Part shown: in pieces, positions 10,705 through 17,320 of the stretch
How positions within the stretch are numbered: position 1 is the stretch's first letter
Layout of the letters: every line of letters begins with the position of its first letter
DNA from: Candidatus Methylomirabilota bacterium
GTDB lineage: Bacteria > Methylomirabilota > Methylomirabilia > Rokubacteriales > CSP1-6
NCBI GenBank assembly: GCA_046726415.1
Contig: JBKPAK010000001.1
Location: 1-17,320 of the forward strand
Reading direction: 5' to 3'
Length of the DNA stretch: 17,320 nt
Notes under the pieces: generated by a model
Told to the model about the DNA's origin: nothing
What the model saw: the letters and a program-made list of their open reading frames with translations, nothing else
Database searches by the model: none
Made by a program: the position numbers and the translations under genes

Positions 10705-12273
10705 TCAGCCCACCCGAGTGTGACGGCCTGCCCAGAACGGCTCGCGAAGCTGACGCTTGAGGAGCTTGCCGGAGCCCGTCCGCGGCAATTCTGAGGCAAA
10801 GGAAACGGAGCGCGGAACCTTATAGTTGGCGAGGTAGCCGCGCGCGAAGGCCATGATCTCGTCAGCGCCGAGTGATGCGGCAGGCCGGGCGACCACCACG
10901 GCGTGCACGCTCTCGCCCCATTCCTCGCTCGGAATGCCGAAGACAGCGGCCTCGATGACCGCGGGGTGGCGCTCGAGCGCTCCCTCGATCTCGGCCGGGT
11001 AGATGTTCATACCGCCCGAGATGATCATGTCGGTCTTGCGATCGCAGATGTAGTAGTAGCCCTCCTCGTCGCGATACCCGACGTCGCCCACCGAGATGAA
11101 CTCTCCGCGCTGCCCGGCCCGGTATGTGTCATCGACCTTGTAGTAGGCGACGAAGGCGCTGGCGCTGCGCACGAAGATCTCGCCAGGCACATGGGGCTCG
11201 ACGATCTCGCGCCCGTCGTCGCCATAGAGCCGGATCTCCACGCCCGGGACCGCGCGCCCGCACGAGCCGGGCTTGCGCCGCTGGTCCTCGGGAGCGAGAG
11301 CGGTGTCCACACCGAGTTCCGTGGACCCGTACACCTCCCACAGGGAGTCCTCGCCGAAGTCGGCCATGTACGCTTCCTTCAGCGCCATTGACCAGGGAGC
11401 GGCATTCGCGATCATGCGGCGCATGCTCGTCCGGTCGTACTTCGTCTTCACCGCCGCGGGAAGGTTGCACACCATTCGGATCGGCGTGGGCGCCGCGAAC
11501 GTCATGGTGACCCGGTAGGTCGCCACGAGCCGCAGCCAATCCTCGGGATCGAACTTGCGCTGGAGGACCGCGGTGTTGCCGAGCAAGTGGGCAATGCCGA
11601 GGTAACCGCCCGGCCCCGAGTGATAGAGGGGCCCGGTCGTGATGTAGACGTCGTCCGCGATGTGGCCGAACAGCTCGAGCAGAGGGCGGATCGCCTCCAG
11701 ATCAGTGGGCGCTCGCACCGCACCTTTGGGGCGTCCAGTGGTTCCCGACGTGTAGAGCATGGAGGGCGGTGCGTCGAGCCGGCTCGGCGGGGGCGGCTCT
11801 GCGTCGGTGGCCGCGGCGATAAGCGCATCGCCGTCGAGCGTGCCCGGAAGGGGTACTCCCCCGAAGACCACGATGGCGCGCACCTTGGGAATCGACGGGC
11901 GGATGGCCGCCAAGAGCGCCGCGTACTCGGCATCGACGTACACGACGACCGCATCGGAGTCGTCGACGACGTAGGCGGCTTCCTCGGGTGCCAGCCGGTA
12001 GTTGAGTGGCACCGCGGTACACCCCACCTTGGCGCGTGCGTGCATGGCCCGCACTACTCCCGGCGAGTTCGGCCCACACCAGACGACCTTGTCGCCGGTC
12101 TGTACCCCGAGGTCTCGGAGCACGTGGGCGAGCCGGTTGGCCTGCCGGTCCAGTTCGGCGTAGGTCCAGACGATGCGGGTGCCGTCGGGGCGATCGTCGA
12201 TTACGGCCGGCTTGTCCGGCACGCGCCGGGCCTGGAACGCCAGCGGCAGCATGGTCAGAGGCGAGACGGGCAT
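10705..12273 (-). CDS. AMP-binding acyl-CoA synthetase (fatty-acid--CoA ligase-like)
   Basis: YTSGTTGRPKG, YGSTE, GDVGY, RKTDMIISGGMNIYPAEIE, LPRTGSGK. The start is uncertain (12252, 12273 or 12288). Confidence 0.93.
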   Translation of the reverse strand: MPVSPLTMLPLAFQARRVPDKPAVIDDRPDGTRIVWTYAELDRQANRLAHVLRDLGVQTGDKVVWCGPNSPGVVRAMHARAKVGCTAVPLNYRLAPEEAAYVVDDSDAVVVYVDAEYAALLAAIRPSIPKVRAIVVFGGVPLPGTLDGDALIAAATDAEPPPPSRLDAPPSMLYTSGTTGRPKGAVRAPTDLEAIRPLLELFGHIADDVYITTGPLYHSGPGGYLGIAHLLGNTAVLQRKFDPEDWLRLVATYRVTMTFAAPTPIRMVCNLPAAVKTKYDRTSMRRMIANAAPWSMALKEAYMADFGEDSLWEVYGSTELGVDTALAPEDQRRKPGSCGRAVPGVEIRLYGDDGREIVEPHVPGEIFVRSASAFVAYYKVDDTYRAGQRGEFISVGDVGYRDEEGYYYICDRKTDMIISGGMNIYPAEIEGALERHPAVIEAAVFGIPSEEWGESVHAVVVARPAASLGADEIMAFARGYLANYKVPRSVSFASELPRTGSGKLLKRQLREPFWAGRHTRVG

Positions 12274-12286
12274 CGCTCGGCGCGCC

Positions 12287-12333
12287 ATCCTATCATCTTC
12301 TAAGGTCACGACCGAGCGGCCCCAGTGTATGCT
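12287..12333. promoter_or_regulatory. Compact divergent -10 elements
   Basis: Minus strand: extended -10 TGaTAGGAT (12287-12295). Plus strand: TATGCT (12328-12333), 8 nt before ATG 12342. Confidence 0.4.
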
Positions 12334-12341
12334 TCGCGGTC

Positions 12342-13154
12342 ATGAGCACGCACAGCTTGCGCGATCGCATCGGGCCCGATGTCGGTGGCACCCGCCTCGA
12401 GGACGCTCTCGCGTGGGCAGCTCACCACCACTTTCGCTACCTCGATTTCAACGCCGACTTCGGGCCCAACCACCTTGACCACTGGGATGCCGCTCGCGTG
12501 CGCGCCGTCCGCGACGCGTGTGCGCGCCACGACATCCACCTCGGTCTGCACACCCTCTCCGGCGTCAACGTGGCCGAGTTTTCGCCACGCGTGGCGGACG
12601 GCGTCGATGCCTATCTTCAGGCCAACGTCGACCTCGGCGGACGCCTCGGCTGCGAGTGGCTCATCGTGCACGCGGGCTTTCACTTCGGGGCGAACGTTCC
12701 CGCGCGCACCGCAGCCTCCCTCGAGCGACTCAAGCGGCTCACCGCGTATGCGGAGAAGGCCGGGGCCCGACTGCTCCTGGAGAATCTCAACGTCGAACCG
12801 GAGCGCGCCGAGGTCCACTACCTGGCCCACACCGTCGAGGAGTGCCGCCCCTATTTCGACGCGATCCAGTCCGACCATTTCGGCTGGGCCTTCACGGTCA
12901 ATCACGCGCACCTGATTCCCGAGGGCGTCCACGGCTTCTTGGACGCCTTCGGCATCGCCCGAATCGGCGAGGTTCGCCTGGCCGACAATACGGGAGAGTA
13001 CGAGATTCACCTCAATCCCGGCCAGGGGACCATCGACTTCGCTTCCCTCTTTCGGCGGCTGGAGGCGGGGGGATATCGACATCACTACGCGATGGCCTTC
13101 GGGAGCAACGACGACAAGCTCACTGCCCGCGAGCTGTTCGCCGGTTACGCCTGA
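12342..13154 (+). CDS. Sugar phosphate isomerase/epimerase family (xylose isomerase-like / AP-endonuclease-2 TIM barrel) protein
   Basis: LIVHAG, LLLENL, NHAH, LADN.G..EIHLNPGQGTIDF pattern; 270 aa. Confidence 0.85.
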   Translation: MSTHSLRDRIGPDVGGTRLEDALAWAAHHHFRYLDFNADFGPNHLDHWDAARVRAVRDACARHDIHLGLHTLSGVNVAEFSPRVADGVDAYLQANVDLGGRLGCEWLIVHAGFHFGANVPARTAASLERLKRLTAYAEKAGARLLLENLNVEPERAEVHYLAHTVEECRPYFDAIQSDHFGWAFTVNHAHLIPEGVHGFLDAFGIARIGEVRLADNTGEYEIHLNPGQGTIDFASLFRRLEAGGYRHHYAMAFGSNDDKLTARELFAGYA

Positions 13155-13186
13155 TCGCCCAGGAACTGGCGCGGCCCCCGCGCGTC

Positions 13187-13281
13187 GGGCCTCCCAAGCT
13201 CGCGCGACCTCGAGGGGCGCCCCGGCTCCGCCGGGGCGCCCCGAGCGCTTGGGGGGCTTGGGGGCCCGTTCGAGGCCCCCC
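13187..13281. repeat. Composite palindromic element (REP/BIME-like) between convergent genes
   Basis: Perfect 12-bp stem GGGGCGCCCCGG-CTCCG-CCGGGGCGCCCC (13214-13242), outer CCCAAGC/GCTTGGG pairing, and a second hairpin GGGGGCC-CGTTCGA-GGCCCCC (13260-13280). Confidence 0.7.
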
Positions 13282-13287
13282 ATCTTC

Positions 13288-16095
13288 TTAAGGTCTCGGA
13301 ACCACCACAAAGCTGAGGCGCGAAGTCGGGGCGAAGTAGCGGTTGAACGCCTCGCGCACCTCCTGAGCCGTCATCTGCTCGTAGTGCTGCCGGCCGCGCA
13401 TCAGCTCGGTCAGGTCCAGGCCGCGATAGTGCAGCGTCCCCAGCCGACCCACCCAGTAGTCGGGAGTCTTGATCATCTGGTCGAGGGTGTTGATGAGCTG
13501 CTTGCGGGCCACGGCCAGTTCGTCCTCGCTCGGTCCGCCCTTGCTGAATTCGACGAATGTCTCGTTCACTGCGGCCACCAGCGCGTCGGTCTTGGTCGGA
13601 TCGGTGGGCGCCTGGGCCGCGAACAAGCCGAACCCTGGGTACTCGAAAGCGGGACGCGAGCCCGCGCCGATGCTGTAGACAAGTTGCTTCTCCTCCCGGA
13701 TGGTCCGATGCATGCGGGTACTGAGAATCCGCGCGGCCATGGCCAGCCGCCGGACGTCCTGGAGGTTCTGCACATCGGTGCCGAAGAAGCCTTCGAGCAC
13801 CGCCGCCTGGGGCGCCGCCGCCTCCACGGTCTGCCGGCTGGTGAGGGGGCCCGTGGGACGGGCCAGGATCCTCAGCCCATGCAACGTCTTGTCGCTGATC
13901 AGGTCGCGCGCGGGGAGCGCGCCCAGGTACTTGCTCACCAGGCCGAGCGCGGCCGCGCGATCGATGTCGCCCACCACGGCGACCTCCACGGGAGAGCCGG
14001 CCACCAGTTTGCGCAGCCAGGCCTGCGCCGCGTCCCGGGTGATTGCTCGCACCTGGTCTGCCGTCAGCGGATGAAGTCGCGCTGCCTCGCGGGGATAGAG
14101 GGCAGCGGCCATCGATTCCTCCAACACCCCCCACGCCTCGCGCTTGCGAGCAGCGATGCCGTGAAGCTCCTTCTCCCTCCACTGCTCGATGGCGGCGGGT
14201 TCGATGGCGGGGTCGGTCAGCAGGAGATAGGCCAGCTGCAACCCCACTTCCAAATCGGTCGGGTTCCCGGAGACGGTGAGAGTCAGGGCGTCCGCGCCGA
14301 CGCTCGGCCGTACCCGGACCTTCTTGCCGGTCATCAGGCTCTCGATCTGGGGGCTGGAGAGCGCGCTGGTGGCCGGACGCTCCCAGGCCTGGGCGGCCGC
14401 CTCGGTGATCCCCCGGTTGGTGCTGTCCTCCTGGATGGTGCCCCCGGCGAGGGTGATGGCGACGGTCACCTCGTTCTTCCGCTGGTCCATCGCGCGATGG
14501 TGGACGCGCACCCCGTTGTCGAGCTGCACCGAGGTCACACCGCTGGGCGCATCCTCGCGGATATCCACCGCGACGCCCCCCTTGGGAATTGCGGAGAGGA
14601 GCGAGGTGACCCGCGCAATCTCGGCGGGTTTGGACGGCTTGACGTCGACCGCGGCCCGACCCGCGGCAGCCAGCTCGGCTTCGCTGGGCGCGGTGCCGCC
14701 GGCGGGTAGCTCCGCGACGAAGATCACGTTGGCGGGGTCGAAGTTCGCCGCGAAGACCTGGGACACCTCCAGGGCGGTGACACCGGGGAGCAGTTGCTTC
14801 AGCAGCGCCAGGTTTTGCGCGGCCGAGGCGATGGGCTCGCGCCGGGCCACCTTGGAATTGATCTGACGAAGCACCACACGCGCCGGCAGCGTGGATTCCC
14901 GCTGCACGGCCTGCTCCGACTCTGCGATGAAGGCCGTCCGGGCCTCGTCCAATTCCCCCTCGCTGAATCCATGCAGACGGGCCCGCTGCAGGGCCACTCC
15001 GAGATCGGTGAGCATGGCGCGCCACACTTCGGGCTTGCCCGAGGCGTCGATGCGTACGACGCGCAGGGCGTTGTACCACTGCGATACGTGGGCGCTGATG
15101 TCGGAGAAGGCGACATTGCCCGCCGCCAGGTCGCGGCTCAGGCGCCGGTTGAACATCCAGCTCCCGAGTTGGTCGACCAGGTCACGGCGCCGCTGGGGCA
15201 CCATCACCGTCGGCCCTCGCGGCGGCTCCACCCGGATCATCGACACGCCGGCGCGCGTCAGCTCGGGATCCGTGGCCACGATGGCGCGCGTCCCTCGAGT
15301 GGCCTGGACCCCGACATCCCGCGGTGCGGGGCGCGGCACCGTCGGTCCACCCGCAAAGTGCTTCTCAATGCGCTCTTTCACGATCGCCGGGTCGATGTCG
15401 CCCACTGCGATGACGGTCATGTTGCTCGGCACGTACCAGCGCGCGTAGAAATCCTGGAAGTCTCGCGGGGTGACCGCCTTGATCGTCGCCTCGGTCCCGA
15501 TGGGCAGCCGCCGGCCGAACGTCGATTCCGGAGCCAGGCGCTCATAGATGTAGTCCTCGATGCGCTGCTGCACGCCCGAGCGAGCCCGCTTTTCTTCGAG
15601 CACGATCTGCCGTTCGCTGTCGATTTCCTGGGTCGGCAGGGTGAGCCGCGTGGCCACGTCGGCCAGGAACAGCATGCCCTTGTCGAGAGTCTCTGGCTTG
15701 GTGTCAGCCAAGGCGAGTTGATAGACCGTCTGGTCGAGGCTGGTGAAGGCATTCTGATCGCGCCCGAAGCTCAGCCCCAGCGACTGGAAGAAGGGAACCA
15801 CCGAGCCCGGTGAGAAGTTCGTGGATCCGTTGAAGGCCATGTGCTCCAGATAGTGCGCGAGCCCCCGCGTCGATTCCGTCTCGTTCAGCGATCCGGTAGC
15901 GACGTGCAACCACACGCTCACCCGCCCCTCGGGATTCTTGTGCCGCCGGATGACGAAGCTCAGACCGTTCGCCAAGGTTCCCGTGGTGAGGGTAGGATCG
16001 GTGGGTAGCGAGGCAGCCGGCGGGTCCTGTGCCGCCGCTCCGACCGCGCCCACCAGCAGAACCAGAACCAGCAGCCCACTCGCCAGGATCCGCAT
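13288..16095 (-). CDS. M16 family (insulinase/pitrilysin, PqqL-like) zinc peptidase, secreted
   Basis: Signal peptide MRILASGLLVLVLLVGAVGAAA. Inverted zinc motif HYLEH, NAFTS, distal ERQIVLEE, C-terminal IREEKQLVYS (R/Y pair). RBS GGAGG before ATG 16095. Confidence 0.94.
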   Translation of the reverse strand: MRILASGLLVLVLLVGAVGAAAQDPPAASLPTDPTLTTGTLANGLSFVIRRHKNPEGRVSVWLHVATGSLNETESTRGLAHYLEHMAFNGSTNFSPGSVVPFFQSLGLSFGRDQNAFTSLDQTVYQLALADTKPETLDKGMLFLADVATRLTLPTQEIDSERQIVLEEKRARSGVQQRIEDYIYERLAPESTFGRRLPIGTEATIKAVTPRDFQDFYARWYVPSNMTVIAVGDIDPAIVKERIEKHFAGGPTVPRPAPRDVGVQATRGTRAIVATDPELTRAGVSMIRVEPPRGPTVMVPQRRRDLVDQLGSWMFNRRLSRDLAAGNVAFSDISAHVSQWYNALRVVRIDASGKPEVWRAMLTDLGVALQRARLHGFSEGELDEARTAFIAESEQAVQRESTLPARVVLRQINSKVARREPIASAAQNLALLKQLLPGVTALEVSQVFAANFDPANVIFVAELPAGGTAPSEAELAAAGRAAVDVKPSKPAEIARVTSLLSAIPKGGVAVDIREDAPSGVTSVQLDNGVRVHHRAMDQRKNEVTVAITLAGGTIQEDSTNRGITEAAAQAWERPATSALSSPQIESLMTGKKVRVRPSVGADALTLTVSGNPTDLEVGLQLAYLLLTDPAIEPAAIEQWREKELHGIAARKREAWGVLEESMAAALYPREAARLHPLTADQVRAITRDAAQAWLRKLVAGSPVEVAVVGDIDRAAALGLVSKYLGALPARDLISDKTLHGLRILARPTGPLTSRQTVEAAAPQAAVLEGFFGTDVQNLQDVRRLAMAARILSTRMHRTIREEKQLVYSIGAGSRPAFEYPGFGLFAAQAPTDPTKTDALVAAVNETFVEFSKGGPSEDELAVARKQLINTLDQMIKTPDYWVGRLGTLHYRGLDLTELMRGRQHYEQMTAQEVREAFNRYFAPTSRLSFVVVPRP

Positions 16096-16183
16096 GTAGT
16101 CCCCTCCACACGACAGTGTAACCTCGACGGCGTTGTGCGCGGGGGCCGACCGCGTCGTCAGCACCGCGCGACGAGCGTTGGAC

Positions 16184-16258
16184 TCACCCTTTCGCGATGC
16201 TCGTGGCGAGCGGGGCTCCCTGATCCATGGAGACGGTTTCCCCGGCCAGGCTCTTCAT
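16184..16258 (-). CDS. Possible 24-aa small ORF (MKSLAGETVSMDQGAPLATSIAKG)
   Basis: GAGAGG-5nt-ATG on the minus strand and TGA at 16184-16186. It lies between a putative regulated promoter and the peptidase. No recognisable homology. Confidence 0.25.
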   Translation of the reverse strand: MKSLAGETVSMDQGAPLATSIAKG

Positions 16259-16317
16259 GGCGGCCTCTCGGGCTCGGCCTCGGGCGAGTGTCCTCGGCAA
16301 CCCGCTCGTCCGACCAG

Positions 16318-16372
16318 ACTCTACGCAGGTGAGATGAAGCTCCCATGAAGGAACCCTGAGAAGTCTCTCAGG
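16318..16372 (-). promoter_or_regulatory. Putative OmpR/PhoP/PmrA-family tandem-repeat box with a downstream -10
   Basis: Minus strand reads CCTGAG-N5-TCTCAG-N5-CTTCAT-N5-CTTCAT-N10-TAGAGT. The hexamers sit at an exact 11-bp period. Confidence 0.45.
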
Positions 16373-16373
16373 C

Positions 16374-16403
16374 TTGACGCGTCACGCGGGCTCCGCCTAC
16401 TCT
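16374..16403 (+). promoter_or_regulatory. Putative sigma70 promoter for PPOX-nudC
   Basis: TTGACG (16374-16379), 18-nt spacer, TACTCT (16398-16403). Confidence 0.5.
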
Positions 16404-16499
16404 CGGCCGGACGCATCCGACCAGGGGGCGAGGCGCGGGACGGCGGCCCTGCCGCAGGACGCCCGGCCAGGCGAGCAGTGAGATGATCGAGAGGGCCCT

Positions 16500-16925
16500 A
16501 TGCGTATCGAGAAATTGGGCGATCGGCGCATCCAAGAGTACCTGGCCACCAAGGAGGTCGTTCTGCTGGGCACCGTGTCGCCCAGCGGCGCGCCGCTGGT
16601 CACGCCGATGTGGTTCCTTCACGACCCCGACGCCCTGACCATGATCAGCGTGGACGGGCTGGCCAAAGTGCGAAACCTGCGCCGCGACCCTCGAGTCTGC
16701 GTCGTCGCGGAGAGTGGCACGCGCCGCGACATCCGCAACGTCACCGTGCTCGGCCGGGTCGCGTTTCTCGACGACACACCGGAGCGACGGGCGCTCGCTG
16801 AACGCTTTCTCGCCAAGTACCAGCCCGACCTCGAGCGCCTGTGGGGCGGGCGGGCTATGCCGGCCAATCGCGTGATGTTCCGCATCATACCGGACCGCGT
16901 GCGCGGCGAGGGGCTCGGGACATGA
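16500..16925 (+). CDS. Pyridoxamine 5'-phosphate oxidase family protein (PPOX-class split beta-barrel, flavin/F420-binding)
   Basis: LGTVSPSGAPLVTPMWF, KVRNLRRDPRVCV, LAKY, RVMFRIIP pattern. RBS GAGAGG. Confidence 0.88.
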   Translation: MRIEKLGDRRIQEYLATKEVVLLGTVSPSGAPLVTPMWFLHDPDALTMISVDGLAKVRNLRRDPRVCVVAESGTRRDIRNVTVLGRVAFLDDTPERRALAERFLAKYQPDLERLWGGRAMPANRVMFRIIPDRVRGEGLGT

Positions 16926-17320
16926 CGCCGCTCTCCGTGTACCTCCCGTTCAATCGGGATTGCCTGCGCGGCGCGTTCGTGCCCGCCAAGCGCGGCGGTC
17001 CCGCGCCAGAGCCCGAGGGGCTCTGGCTGATCATCCAGGACCAGGACCTGGTCGTCGTGCCTCAGGACGGAGGGTTCCGCTTGCCGGCCGGGCGGCAGCC
17101 CTCCGGTCTCGACGACGCGACGCCGCCCCTGTGGCTCGGAACGTATCGCGAGAGGCCCTGCTGGGTCACTCAGCTTCCGCGCGAGGCCGCGATCCCCGCC
17201 GTTCTCCACCGCGAGCCCCTGGTGCCCATGCGCGGCACTCATCTGCCGGACGATCTGCTCTCGCTGGGCGGCATGGCCATGCAGGCCCTGTGGTGGGAGA
17301 GCACGAGCGGTCACTGCCCG
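16922..17320 (+). CDS. nudC: NAD(+) diphosphatase (NudC-like Nudix), N-terminal part, runs off the window
   Basis: ATGA overlap with the PPOX stop. Open frame MTPLSVYLPFNRD...LWLGTYRERPCW...LSLGGMAMQALWWESTSGHCP ends at the start of a NudC-type zinc ribbon. The Nudix box lies outside the window. Confidence 0.75.
   Translation, partial: MTPLSVYLPFNRDCLRGAFVPAKRGGPAPEPEGLWLIIQDQDLVVVPQDGGFRLPAGRQPSGLDDATPPLWLGTYRERPCWVTQLPREAAIPAVLHREPLVPMRGTHLPDDLLSLGGMAMQALWWESTSGHCP

Noticed and set aside
13288-16258. PQQ or other RiPP biosynthesis locus
   Set aside because: No radical SAM, PqqB/C/D or other tailoring genes, the sORF lacks E-x-x-x-Y, and the peptidase has a secretion signal.
16210-16357. 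6S RNA or riboswitch-like long hairpin
   Set aside because: The candidate stems favour opposite strands (G-U pairs are inconsistent) and no consensus motif is recognisable. A promoter box plus sORF explains the region better.

Overview
GC-rich bacterial chromosomal window made up mostly of metabolic genes. There is no mobile element, rRNA, tRNA or CRISPR array. In order it contains: (1) the 3' end of a hypothetical gene and a TauE/SafE + DUF1634 membrane pair; (2) a tightly packed pentose-phosphate operon, gnd-zwf-histidine phosphatase-tal-pgi-DUF2090 aldolase, whose last gene carries two 1-nt deletions; (3) a secreted CHRD-domain protein; (4) an acyl-CoA synthetase and thiolase on the minus strand; (5) a TIM-barrel 'sugar isomerase' with a degenerate metal site; (6) a PqqL-like M16 zinc peptidase; (7) a PPOX-family gene coupled to a 5' fragment of nudC. 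The best candidate for an undescribed system is the PPP operon. It pairs a Gpm2/Shb17-like sugar-bisphosphatase and a LacD/YihT-like class I aldolase (DUF2090) with an NAD-type Gnd, Zwf, Tal and Pgi, which suggests a non-canonical cyclic oxidative pentose-phosphate route. Also notable are an 11-bp-phased response-regulator-like box with a 24-codon sORF upstream of the peptidase, and several REP-like GC hairpins. All family assignments come from motif recognition, not database searches.
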